A stretch of 64,000 nt of DNA from an uncultured Candidatus Binatia bacterium. Lineage in GTDB: Bacteria; Desulfobacterota; Binatia; UBA9968; JAJDTQ01. Under the pieces are notes generated by a model. That model saw only the letters and a program-made list of their open reading frames with translations, did no database searches and was not told the DNA's origin. Position numbers and translations under genes: made by a program. Numbering within the stretch: the first letter of the stretch is position 1; the number at the start of each line of letters is the position of its first letter. This document shows, in pieces, positions 55,028 through 64,000 of this stretch. Location of the stretch: NCBI GenBank assembly GCA_965215605.1, contig OZ244070.1, forward strand, positions 3,104,001 through 3,168,000, read 5' to 3'.

Positions 55028-55040
55028 GGCGCCGCCTCAC

Positions 55041-55373
55041 CTATTCCGCCGCCAGGGCGGCATCACGGGTTTCGTGGTACTCGAGCATGTTGAGAAATCC
55101 GCTGACCTCCATGACCGACTTGCATGAAGGCTGCAGCGCGCATACGGCCAGCTTGCCGCCTTCCTTCTGGCACTTCTTGGCGCTGACGAGAACCACCCGC
55201 AAGCCCGCGCTGCTGATGTATTCCATGTTCTGGCAGTCCAGCAGCACGCGGTGGTCGCCACGTTCGATGATATCCGAGATTCGTTTCTCGAGCTCGGGGC
55301 TGGTGAAGCCGTCAACCCTCCCGCTCGGCGTCACCACGACGAGCGATCCCCGTGTTTCCTCTTGAATGTCCAT
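55041..55373 (-). CDS. STAS-domain anti-sigma factor antagonist
   Basis: SGRVD, LLDCQNMEYISSAGLRV (phosphorylatable Ser), EVSGF. Confidence 0.92.
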   Translation of the reverse strand: MDIQEETRGSLVVVTPSGRVDGFTSPELEKRISDIIERGDHRVLLDCQNMEYISSAGLRVVLVSAKKCQKEGGKLAVCALQPSCKSVMEVSGFLNMLEYHETRDAALAAE

Positions 55374-55595
55374 TCGACACCTTTTCCCTGGTTCCGAAAG
55401 ATCCTGTCCGAAAGACTCTGCGAACAGACGGCGCTACGCCTCTGTCGTCAATTCATCCATCCATACCACCGCGCCACCGCGGCCCAACCGTATCACAGCG
55501 GCCGGACGCGGGCAACAAAACCTCGGGGCTGCGTTGTCGCCGTTTGCGAATCATGTTTCCACGCGCGGTGAACGGGCCGGGGCGAGCTCGCCCCG

Positions 55596-57164
55596 CTACT
55601 TCTTCCCGGGCTCGAATCCTCCCTGCTCGTGGTACACGACCTTCTTGTCTTCCTCGAAGGCCCGGACCGTGGGAATCGTTCCCCGGAGCCCGAGCTCCTT
55701 CCAGCGGCCCGCCACCTGGTCGTACATCTCCCGGCTCAACGTGGTTCTCTTGGAGAACACCGGCAGGTAGCGGTGCTCCTTGCAGGCGTTGATCAGCGCC
55801 TTGGAGCCGTAGGGCCGCTCTTCCGGGGGGTTCTGGGTGGGATCCAGCCAGGTGCTCCAGGTGTTGCGCAGGATGTCGATGTCCTCGATGGGATGGCAGC
55901 GGCTGCTCATGGCCCAGATCACCTGGTCCATGTCCGTGGGATCGATGTCCTCGTCCACGGCGATGATCCACTTGGTGTAGTAGGCGCCGCCGGGCACCTG
56001 GGCCGCCAGGGCAAGGCACTGGGCCGCGTGGCCGGCGTAGCGCTGTTCCAGGCTGATGACCGTCATGCCGAAGCCGCCGGCCCCGGCCGGGTGCGCGTAG
56101 ACGCCCTGGACGCCGGGGATGCCGAGCTTGTCCAGGTCGTCCCAGATGCGCGCCGAACGGATGACGGCGAAGAAACCGCTCTGCTCGCAGGACGGGTAGT
56201 CGGCCATGATGGCGTTGGTGAGCACCGGGTTGGTGCGGTAGTGCACCCGGGTGATGTCCACCAGCGGGCAGCCCGCCTCCGGCCTGCCGTAGTAGCCGGG
56301 AAACTCTCCGAAGGGGCCCTCGGTCTTCACCGAATTGGGGTGAATCACCCCCTCGACCACGAGCTCGGCGTTGGCCGGCAGCAGCAGGTCGCTGGTCTGG
56401 GCGCGCACCACCGGGATCGCCTCGCCCTTGATGCCGCCGGCGAACTCGTACTCCGACACGTTCTTGGGGAAGGTCTGGGAACCCACCAGCATGAACAGCG
56501 GGTCGATGCCCCAGGCCGCGGCCACGGGCACGGACTTGCCTTGTTCCCAAGAGCGGGTGATGTGAAGCCGCGCGTCCTTGCCCGGCGACAGGTAGAGACC
56601 CACCTGATTCTTGCCCTGGAGCATCATGCGGTATGTGCCGACGTTCAGGTATCCGGAATCCGGGTCGCGGGTAAAGACCGCGTCCGCGGTGCCCGCGTAA
56701 CGGCCTCCGTCCAGCGGCCAGTGCCTGGGAATGGGCAACTGCTCCAGGTCGATGTCCGCTCCGGCGAGCGTGTTCTCGAACACCGGGGCTTCGGTCTCCG
56801 GCACTTCCCGCGGCGGGATCCGGTCCTTCATCTTCTCCTTGAGCCGCCGGATGAGCTCGAGCGTCGGCGTTTCCGGCGGCTCCTCGATGGTGAGGGCGAT
56901 GCGCTTCGAGCTGGGCCCCAGGATGTTCCACAGCATCCGGGCGCCGATGGGGCTGTCTTCATACCCCTTGGGGTTGTCGAAGAGGATGGCCGGGGACGGG
57001 TCCTGCTTGGCCACCAGATAGGTGATGGCGCTCATCTCCTCGTCCCGGTCCACCGGCTTGTCGATCTGAATCAGCTCGTTGATGCCTTCCGCGCGGTCCA
57101 GCCATTCGCGGATGTCCTGAATCGGGCGGCCCGCGGCCGGCGCTGGCCTGTTCGCCTCAGCCAT
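55596..57164 (-). CDS. UbiD-family prFMN-dependent (de)carboxylase
   Basis: DGGRY, NVGTYR, AELVVEG, EGPFGEFPGYY, AVDEDIDP. Confidence 0.92.
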   Translation of the reverse strand: MAEANRPAPAAGRPIQDIREWLDRAEGINELIQIDKPVDRDEEMSAITYLVAKQDPSPAILFDNPKGYEDSPIGARMLWNILGPSSKRIALTIEEPPETPTLELIRRLKEKMKDRIPPREVPETEAPVFENTLAGADIDLEQLPIPRHWPLDGGRYAGTADAVFTRDPDSGYLNVGTYRMMLQGKNQVGLYLSPGKDARLHITRSWEQGKSVPVAAAWGIDPLFMLVGSQTFPKNVSEYEFAGGIKGEAIPVVRAQTSDLLLPANAELVVEGVIHPNSVKTEGPFGEFPGYYGRPEAGCPLVDITRVHYRTNPVLTNAIMADYPSCEQSGFFAVIRSARIWDDLDKLGIPGVQGVYAHPAGAGGFGMTVISLEQRYAGHAAQCLALAAQVPGGAYYTKWIIAVDEDIDPTDMDQVIWAMSSRCHPIEDIDILRNTWSTWLDPTQNPPEERPYGSKALINACKEHRYLPVFSKRTTLSREMYDQVAGRWKELGLRGTIPTVRAFEEDKKVVYHEQGGFEPGKK

Positions 57165-57227
57165 GCTTCACCTTCCTTGTCGTGTGATGTTTCAGGCGGC
57201 CCGCGTCGCCGGCCGCCCGTGGGACGA

Positions 57228-57995
57228 TTAATCTTCTTTCAGTTCGTCCGGCATGAGGCCGGTGAAATACGCGAACGCGTGATGGGCGCGCCCGCGGTTG
57301 GTGGCCGCCATGATGGCGGTGTTGCGGCCCGGCATGGATGCCGCTTGTCCGATGGTGCTGGCCACCCACTGAATTTGAGCCGTCCGCTCCAGGTAGACGG
57401 CGTGAGAGGCGGCCTGCTCGACGCTGTCGCCCACCGTGGTGATGCCGTGTCCCTGCATCAGCAGCGCCATGCAGTCGCCCAGCGTCGCCGCGACCTCGAT
57501 GCCGTCCTGGACCGTGTAGATCAGCCGGGGGCTGTGGAAGATGGGCGTCTCGGGGGCGAAGGCCGCGGCCTGGTTGTAGATGGGCCGGATCGGCACGCCT
57601 GCGACGGCGAACGCCGTGGCCAGCGGCTGGTGCGTGTGGACCACCGAGTTGACGTCCGGCCGGGACTCCATGATGGCAGCGTGGATCATGGTCTCCCGGG
57701 GCGGCACCTTGAGCTTGATCACCGCCTTCTGGTCGCCCGCCTTGGCCCAGTTGGCCTCGCAGTTCTTCTTGTAGTCGTCGATGTCCACTTCCATGATGTC
57801 TTTGCTCTTGATGGAGCCCAGGGGCGCCAGCACCGGCTTGATCAGCAGCCGGTTGGTGCCGGGAATCCTGGCGCTGACGTGGCCGTGGTAGTCGGCAAGG
57901 CCTTGATGAAAGAGCATGCGTGTGGCCAGGGCGACGGTCTTCCTGAGCCGTCCGAGCTCGCGCGCGCCGGGTCTGCCTTTCTGGGACTTGGCCAT
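57228..57995 (-). CDS. Class II aldolase/adducin family protein
   Basis: GHVSARIP, ETMIHAAI...RPDVNSVVHTH, LLMQGHG. Start set at MAKSQK. Confidence 0.9.
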   Translation of the reverse strand: MAKSQKGRPGARELGRLRKTVALATRMLFHQGLADYHGHVSARIPGTNRLLIKPVLAPLGSIKSKDIMEVDIDDYKKNCEANWAKAGDQKAVIKLKVPPRETMIHAAIMESRPDVNSVVHTHQPLATAFAVAGVPIRPIYNQAAAFAPETPIFHSPRLIYTVQDGIEVAATLGDCMALLMQGHGITTVGDSVEQAASHAVYLERTAQIQWVASTIGQAASMPGRNTAIMAATNRGRAHHAFAYFTGLMPDELKED

Positions 57996-58315
57996 GGAGG
58001 TTCCTCCTCGATAACGCCGAACCAAGCCCCGCGCCGGGATTCGTTGCTCACACGGATGAACGGAAGGCGGAACGCTTCTTCAGCGGGAATGGGAACGAGC
58101 GGAAAGCCCGTTGGAATCGGGGTTTTCATAGCACACGGGACCTCGTGAATCCAGCCGTTCCCGTAGACTCCCGGAGCGGCTTTGTGTTACAAATGCTTCG
58201 GGAGGGATTTGAGAAGGGACGATCCTCCTGGCTCCCGCCTCATCGGCACCCAATTCCCCATATGACCGTTTCGGCGCTCCGGAAGTCGCTCGCCGGCAAG
58301 TGAGGGACGAAGTTC

Positions 58316-61225
58316 ATGGATTACAAAGACACGCTGAACCTTCCCAAGACCACGTTCCCGATGCGCGGCAACCTGCCGCAGAAGGAGCCGTCGTGGGTGG
58401 AGAAGTGGGAGCGTGAGGCCCTTCACGAGAAGATGGTGGAGGCTCGCCGGGGCGCTCCCAAGTTCATCCTGCACGACGGTCCGCCGTACGCCAACGAGCG
58501 CATCCACATCGGGCATGCGCTCAACAAGGTCCTCAAGGACATCATCGTCAAGTACAAGAGCATGCGGGGCTACTGCGCGCCCTACATCCCGGGCTGGGAC
58601 TGCCACGGACTCCCCATCGAGCTCCAGGTGGAGAAGAGCCTGGGCCGGGAGAAGAAGAACCGGCTCAGCAAGGTAGAGGTCCGCAAGCTGTGCCGTGCCC
58701 ACGCGGAGAAGTTCATCGGGGTCCAGCGGGAAGAGTTCAAGCGGCTGGGCGTGCTGGGCCGTTGGGCGGAGCCGTACCGGACCATCGACTTCGAGTACGA
58801 GGCCGCCGAGGTCCGCGAGCTCGGCAGGTTCATGGCCAGCGGTTCCATGTACCGGAGCAAGAAGCCGGTCTACTGGTGCGCTTCCTGCGCCACCGCGCTG
58901 GCGGAAGCCGAGGTGGAGTACGACAACCAGCGGACCCCGTCGGTCTACGTGAAGTTCCCGATCAAGGACGCCAAGGGGAAGCTGCCGGACGATGCGGACG
59001 GCGCCTTCGCCATCTGGACGACCACGCCCTGGACGCTGCCGGCGAACCAGGCCATCGCCCTGCACCCACGGATGCGGTACCGCCGCGTGCGAACGCCCGC
59101 GGGCGTGCTGGTGGCGGCGGAGGAGTTGCTGTCGTCGCTGATGCAGGACTTCGGGTATGAGAGCGGAGATTTCGAGGTGCTGGAGGGTTCCTGGTCCGGG
59201 GCCGATCTCGAGGGCATCGTCTGCTCGCATGCTTGGCTCCATCGGGACGTCCTCGTCATCCTCGGAGAGTTCGTCACCGCGGACCAGGGCACCGGCTGTG
59301 TCCACGTGGCGCCGGGACACGGGCACGAGGACTTCGAGGCGGGCCAGCGCTACGGCCTCGACGCCTATGCGCCGGTGGACGGGAAGGGAAGGTTCACCGC
59401 GGAGGCGGAGGAGTTCGCGGGCCAGATGGTCTTCGACGCCAACCCGCGGATCGTCGCCAGGCTGGAACAAGAGAAGAGTTTGCTCGGCTCCCGGGACATC
59501 GACCACAGCTACCCGCACTGCTGGCGCTGCAAACAGCCGGTGCTTTTTCGCGCCACGGAGCAGTGGTTCATTTCCATGGTTCACACGGGCTTGCGGCAAG
59601 GCTCCCTCGACGCCATCGGGCGGGTGCAATGGATTCCGCCCTGGGGGCAGGACCGCATCACCGGCATGATGGCCAACCGGCCGGACTGGTGCATCTCACG
59701 GCAGCGTTCCTGGGGCGTGCCCATTCCCGTGCTGTACTGCGCGGACTGCGGCGAGACGCACTTGAGCGAGGCCTTGTGCGAGCACGTGGCCGGGCTGTTC
59801 GAACAGGAAGGATCCGACGCCTGGTTCCTGAGGCCGCCGGACGAGCTGGCTCCTGCGGGTTTCCGCTGCCAGGCCTGCGGCTCCGCGCGGTTCTCCAAGG
59901 AAGAGGACATCCTGGACGTCTGGTTCGACTCGGGCGTGAGCCATGCCGCGGTGGTAGAGCGCCATCCCGAGCTCGGCGGCAGGGCGGACCTCTACCTCGA
60001 GGGCAGCGACCAGCACCGCGGCTGGTTCCACACCTCGCTGCTGACGTCGGTGGCGAACCGGGGCCGGGCGCCCTACGACGGCGTTCTCACCCACGGGTTC
60101 GTGCTGGACGGCAAGGGACACAAGATGTCCAAGTCCCTGGGCAACGTCACCGCGCCGCAGGAAATCATCAAGAAGTTCGGCGCCGACATCATCCGGCTCT
60201 GGGTGGCGGCCGAGGACTACCGGGACGACGTCCGCATCTCCGACGAGATCCTGAAGCGGCTGGTGGAGTCGTACCGGCGGCTGCGGAACACCGCCCGTTT
60301 TCTCCTCGGCAACCTCCACGACTTCGACCCTGGCGCCGACGCGGTGAGCCCCGATGCCCTGGAGCCCCTGGACCGCTGGATACTCGACCGCAACCAGCGA
60401 CTGCTCGAGCGCTGTCTCGAAGCCTTCGACAAGTTCGAATTCCACTTCGTCTATCACGCGTTGAACAACTACTGCAGCGTGGACCTGAGCTCCCTCTACC
60501 TGGACATGGTCAAGGACCGGCTCTACTGCGAGGGACCCGGATCCGCCGGCCGGAGATCGGCGCAGACCGCGCTCCACGGCATCCTGCAGACCCTGGTCCA
60601 CCTGATGGCGCCGATCATTTCCTTCACCGCCGAGGAGATCTGGGAGCACGTGCCCGGCGCGGCGACCCGCCCGGACAGCGTCCTGCTCTCGCTCATGCCC
60701 GAACCGGACGAAAGGCTGTCGGCTCCGGTTGTGGCGGCGGAGTGGGGGCTGCGCCTGGAACTGCGCGGGGAGGTGCTCAAGGCGCTGGAAGTGGCGCGTC
60801 AGTGCGGCGCCATCGGCCATTCGCTGGACGCCCGGGTGGCGCTCTATCCGGATGCCTACGGGAAGGCTCCGGCGATTCAGGAGTTGTTGCGCGCCGGCGC
60901 GCCGATGCCGTGGGAAGACATCTTCATTGTCTCGCAGGTATCGGTGGTCCCGGGGGAGCCGTCGGGCGGCCTCGTCTACCCGGAGCGCGACGCGGGAGGC
61001 GCTGCCGGCGCCAGGGACGGCGACGCCGCGCCCGGGCAGGGCACCGGCTACGAGAGCACGGCCCTGGGCGGACCCGTGGCGGTCTATCCGGCCGACGGCG
61101 GGAAGTGCGAGCGGTGCTGGAAGTATCACCCGGGCGTGGGAGGGGACGCCGTCCATCCGGGGGTCTGTCCCCGTTGCGCGGAGGTGTTGCGATCTTTACC
61201 GCAGGCCGAAAACGCGCACGCATAA
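58316..61225 (+). CDS. ileS: Isoleucine--tRNA ligase (type 1)
   Basis: [44 protein letters not shown]-terminal CERCW...CPRC. Confidence 0.98.
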   Translation: MDYKDTLNLPKTTFPMRGNLPQKEPSWVEKWEREALHEKMVEARRGAPKFILHDGPPYANERIHIGHALNKVLKDIIVKYKSMRGYCAPYIPGWDCHGLPIELQVEKSLGREKKNRLSKVEVRKLCRAHAEKFIGVQREEFKRLGVLGRWAEPYRTIDFEYEAAEVRELGRFMASGSMYRSKKPVYWCASCATALAEAEVEYDNQRTPSVYVKFPIKDAKGKLPDDADGAFAIWTTTPWTLPANQAIALHPRMRYRRVRTPAGVLVAAEELLSSLMQDFGYESGDFEVLEGSWSGADLEGIVCSHAWLHRDVLVILGEFVTADQGTGCVHVAPGHGHEDFEAGQRYGLDAYAPVDGKGRFTAEAEEFAGQMVFDANPRIVARLEQEKSLLGSRDIDHSYPHCWRCKQPVLFRATEQWFISMVHTGLRQGSLDAIGRVQWIPPWGQDRITGMMANRPDWCISRQRSWGVPIPVLYCADCGETHLSEALCEHVAGLFEQEGSDAWFLRPPDELAPAGFRCQACGSARFSKEEDILDVWFDSGVSHAAVVERHPELGGRADLYLEGSDQHRGWFHTSLLTSVANRGRAPYDGVLTHGFVLDGKGHKMSKSLGNVTAPQEIIKKFGADIIRLWVAAEDYRDDVRISDEILKRLVESYRRLRNTARFLLGNLHDFDPGADAVSPDALEPLDRWILDRNQRLLERCLEAFDKFEFHFVYHALNNYCSVDLSSLYLDMVKDRLYCEGPGSAGRRSAQTALHGILQTLVHLMAPIISFTAEEIWEHVPGAATRPDSVLLSLMPEPDERLSAPVVAAEWGLRLELRGEVLKALEVARQCGAIGHSLDARVALYPDAYGKAPAIQELLRAGAPMPWEDIFIVSQVSVVPGEPSGGLVYPERDAGGAAGARDGDAAPGQGTGYESTALGGPVAVYPADGGKCERCWKYHPGVGGDAVHPGVCPRCAEVLRSLPQAENAHA

Positions 61226-61704
61226 TCGTTCTGCTGGCCGTGATCCTGCTGCTCGACCAGGGCACCAAGCTGCTCGTTGACCATACGATCCCGCGGCATC
61301 GCTCGATTCCCGTCATCGAGGGCTGGATGGACCTGACCCATGTCCGCAACACCGGCGCCGCGTTCGGGTTGCTGGCGGGTCAGCGCCGGGCCCTCGCTTC
61401 CTACTTCCTGATCGCCTTCTCGCTGGTGGCCATCGGTTTCGTCGTCCACCTGCTTCGCCGCCTTTCGGAGACGGACACCGGCCTCATCCTCTCGTTGACG
61501 TTCATCCTGGCAGGGGCCTTGGGCAACCTGGTGGACCGCCTGTTCTACGGCGAGGTGATCGATTTTGTCGACGTCTACTGGAATGCCTACCACTGGCCGG
61601 CGTTCAACGTAGCGGACAGCTTCATTACCGTCGGCGGCGTGTTGTGTTTCTACTTTCTCATGCGAACCAAGGGCCGGGACCCGTTCTCCCGGGACGCTGA
61701 CTGA
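61174..61704 (+). CDS. lspA: Lipoprotein signal peptidase II
   Basis: [35 protein letters not shown]. Follows ileS. Start uncertain (TTG 61174 or GTG 61240). Confidence 0.93.
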   Translation: MRGGVAIFTAGRKRARIIVLLAVILLLDQGTKLLVDHTIPRHRSIPVIEGWMDLTHVRNTGAAFGLLAGQRRALASYFLIAFSLVAIGFVVHLLRRLSETDTGLILSLTFILAGALGNLVDRLFYGEVIDFVDVYWNAYHWPAFNVADSFITVGGVLCFYFLMRTKGRDPFSRDAD

Positions 61705-61715
61705 CCCCGGTACCG

Positions 61716-62480
61716 ATGGAACAACAGGTCGCGTTCGGCAATGGCAGGGGCGGACATCTCGCGGGGGTTCTCCACCTGCCCGAGAGGGAGGCCAATTCCT
61801 TCGCTGTGATTCTGTGCCACGGCATGGAGTCGAGCAAGGAGAGCCTCAAGCTCCGGCACTTGGGCGAGTCCCTCAGCGGGGCCGGCTTTACGGTGCTGCG
61901 TTTCGACTTCACCGGCGCCGGCGAGTCCGCCGGCGAGTTCGAGTCCATCACCTGCACCCGGCAGGTGCAGGATCTCGAGGCCGCCCACGAACTGCTGAAA
62001 GACCGCGGGGCAGCGGAGGTGGCGGTCATCGGGTCCAGCATGGGAGGGACCACGGCGCTCATGTATGCGGGCGGAGCGGAAAACGTGGCGGCCGTGGTGA
62101 CCCTGGCGGCTCCCTTCGATCCACGGGCGCTCCTGGAGCGCGACTTCCCGCCCAAGGCCGTGGCGCTGTGGCGCGACCAGGGCTTCATGGAGTTCAACGG
62201 CCGCCGGCTTCAGACGGACTTCCTGGAGGAGGCCCTCGCCATCGACGTCGCCTCGGCGGCGGCGCGGATCGCCTGCCCGGTGCTGGTGATCCACGGCGGC
62301 GCGGATCCGACCGTGCCGGTTGCCCAGGCCGTGGCGCTCCACGACGCTCTGCCCGGCGAGACGGAGTTGTGCATCCTGCCGGGCGCAGACCACCGTTTCA
62401 CGCGTCAGGAAGACCGCGACACGGCCCTGAGCCGGACGGAAGCGTGGGTCGTTCGGTGCCTGACGAGGTCCGCGGCGTGA
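61716..62480 (+). CDS. Alpha/beta hydrolase
   Basis: LCHG, RFDFTGAGES, GSSMGG (GxSxG), IHGGADPTVP, GADHRF. Confidence 0.88.
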   Translation: MEQQVAFGNGRGGHLAGVLHLPEREANSFAVILCHGMESSKESLKLRHLGESLSGAGFTVLRFDFTGAGESAGEFESITCTRQVQDLEAAHELLKDRGAAEVAVIGSSMGGTTALMYAGGAENVAAVVTLAAPFDPRALLERDFPPKAVALWRDQGFMEFNGRRLQTDFLEEALAIDVASAAARIACPVLVIHGGADPTVPVAQAVALHDALPGETELCILPGADHRFTRQEDRDTALSRTEAWVVRCLTRSAA

Positions 62481-62875
62481 CCCGGCTCGGCGTGTTGTGC
62501 GCGGTCCTCCTGTTCCTGTCCGCCGGCTGCAAGGGGGAAGGCGACACCACGCCGCAGGGGGTGGCGGAGGCCTTCCTGGACTCGCACTACGTGGAGATCG
62601 ACCTGCCGGGGTCCCGGGAGTACACCGTGGGGCTGGCCCGGAGCAAGGTGGACGAGCAGCTCCGGCTGACCTCGGGGCACGCCATCGACGCGGGCACGCG
62701 CAAGCCTCGGGTCTACTATGAGCTGCTGGAACAGCGGGAGTCGGGCGGGCGTACAGCCTTCCTCTACCAACTCACCATCCGGTCGGAGGGTGCGGGCGAA
62801 TTCTCCCGCAAGCTGCTCATCCGGGTGCGCCGGGAAGAGGCGGGGTGGCGGGTGTCCAACTACATGGAATACTGA
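62477..62875 (+). CDS. Putative lipoprotein (NTF2-like?)
   Basis: GTG overlaps the previous stop. Hydrophobic signal ending LSAGC (lipobox-like), C-terminal GWRVSNY. Confidence 0.7.
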   Translation: MTRLGVLCAVLLFLSAGCKGEGDTTPQGVAEAFLDSHYVEIDLPGSREYTVGLARSKVDEQLRLTSGHAIDAGTRKPRVYYELLEQRESGGRTAFLYQLTIRSEGAGEFSRKLLIRVRREEAGWRVSNYMEY

Positions 62876-62901
62876 CGCGTCAGTTGTTATGAATAGGTGC
62901 C

Positions 62902-64000
62902 ATGAATTTGAGTGAACAAGGGCCTCTGTCACCTTACCGTATCCTGGATCTGACCGATGAGCTGGGCTTTCTCTGCGGCAAGACGCTGGGCGACCTGGGC
63001 GCGGACGTCATCAAGGTGGAGCGTCCGGGAGGGGACGCCGCCCGGTCGATCGGTCCTTATCTCGACGGCGAGCGCGATCCGGAAAAGAGCCTTTACTGGT
63101 TCGCGTTCAACAACAACAAGCGCGGCGTCACCCTCGACCTCGAGGCCCCCGAGGGGCAGGCGCTGTTCAATCGACTCGTGGGGACGGCGGACTTCGTGCT
63201 GGAGACCTTCCGGCCGGGCTGGCTGGAGGCGATCGGCCTCGGCCACGACGTCATCCGGGCCGCCAATCCCGACACGGTGCTGGTATCCATCACGCCCTTC
63301 GGCCTCACCGGCCCCTACAGCCGTTACCGGGCCACGGACATCGAGATCATGGCCATGAGCGGCTGCATGTCGCTCACCGGCGACCCCGACAAGCCGCCCC
63401 TCCGGGTAAGCTTCCCCCAGTCCTATCAGTGGACCGGCTCCTACGCCGCCATGGCGGCGTTGGTGGCCCACACCCAGCGCCGGCGCACCGGGCGGGGCGA
63501 GCACGTGGACGTGTCGGCCCAGGCGTGCATGCTCTGGGGCTTCTCCCACGCCCATACGTTCTGGGATCTCAACCGGTCGGTGGAGAAGCGGGCCGGCTCC
63601 TTCATGACCGGGCGCACCATCACCGGCGCGAAGATGCGGGTATTCTGGCCCTGCAAGGACGGCTACCTGAACTTCATCATCTACGGCGGCGAGGCAGGCC
63701 GCAAGACCAACCAGGCGCTGGTGGAGTGGATGGCCGAGAAGGGTGAGGCCCCCGCGTTCCTGCTGGAGAAGGACTGGAGCACATTCAACATCGAGCAGGT
63801 GACCCAGGAAGAGATCGACGTCATGGAGGAACCCATCGCCGAGTTCTTCACCGGGGTCGCCAAGGCGGAGTTCTTCGAGGCGGTGACCGGCCGCGGCATG
63901 CTGGGCTATCCCGTGTCCACGGCCCAGGAGCTGCTGGCGGACCCGCAGCTCAAGGCCCGGGACTTCTGGCAGCAGGTCGAGCATCCCGAGCTCAACCGCT
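62902..64000 (+). CDS. CoA-transferase family III (partial, runs off the window end)
   Basis: Manual translation gives MNLSEQGPLSPYRILDLTDELGFLCGKTLGDLGADVIKVE...NNNKRGVTLDL. Confidence 0.92.
   Translation, partial: MNLSEQGPLSPYRILDLTDELGFLCGKTLGDLGADVIKVERPGGDAARSIGPYLDGERDPEKSLYWFAFNNNKRGVTLDLEAPEGQALFNRLVGTADFVLETFRPGWLEAIGLGHDVIRAANPDTVLVSITPFGLTGPYSRYRATDIEIMAMSGCMSLTGDPDKPPLRVSFPQSYQWTGSYAAMAALVAHTQRRRTGRGEHVDVSAQACMLWGFSHAHTFWDLNRSVEKRAGSFMTGRTITGAKMRVFWPCKDGYLNFIIYGGEAGRKTNQALVEWMAEKGEAPAFLLEKDWSTFNIEQVTQEEIDVMEEPIAEFFTGVAKAEFFEAVTGRGMLGYPVSTAQELLADPQLKARDFWQQVEHPELNR

Noticed and set aside
55374-55595. Possible riboswitch (e.g. c-di-GMP) upstream of the STAS gene
   Set aside because: Small hairpins are present, but I could not match the conserved core of any known aptamer by eye. 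An Rfam scan is needed.
57996-58315. Possible T-box riboswitch upstream of ileS
   Set aside because: No T-box consensus (GGTGGNACC) or terminator/antiterminator is visible. The region is a divergent promoter gap.
1-64000. CRISPR arrays, tRNA or rRNA genes, prophage genes
   Set aside because: No regularly spaced repeats, cloverleaf or rRNA signatures, or phage hallmark proteins were seen.

Overview
High-GC bacterial chromosomal segment, gene-dense and mostly catabolic. The protein repertoire resembles uncultured 'Deltaproteobacteria'/Binatia-type heterotrophs, but that placement is inference only. Housekeeping genes sit at both ends (glnS partial; ileS-lspA). Between them are non-heme Fe oxygenases (2x TauD, NicX-like, gentisate-type cupin, CmcJ/NvfI, IPNS-like), three amidohydrolases, CoA-dependent modules, two tripartite tricarboxylate transporters (one with a TctA-TctB fusion), two MFS, one IS3-family element, a DUF4175-like/TPR-peptidase/MoxR/HAD cluster, an orphan EutA-like ATPase, STAS+GPP34, and UbiD+class II aldolase. 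The best finding is a hidden selenoprotein. The ORF track splits it into two small ORFs at an in-frame TGA (26995-26997), which reads ...GLGA-U-GSCTSWSVHD... and is followed by a SECIS-like hairpin. It heads a putative operon with an uncharacterised ~363-aa partner, a pair of acyl-CoA dehydrogenases and a TTT transporter. No rRNA, tRNA or CRISPR array was recognised. All family assignments come from motif recognition by eye, not from database searches.
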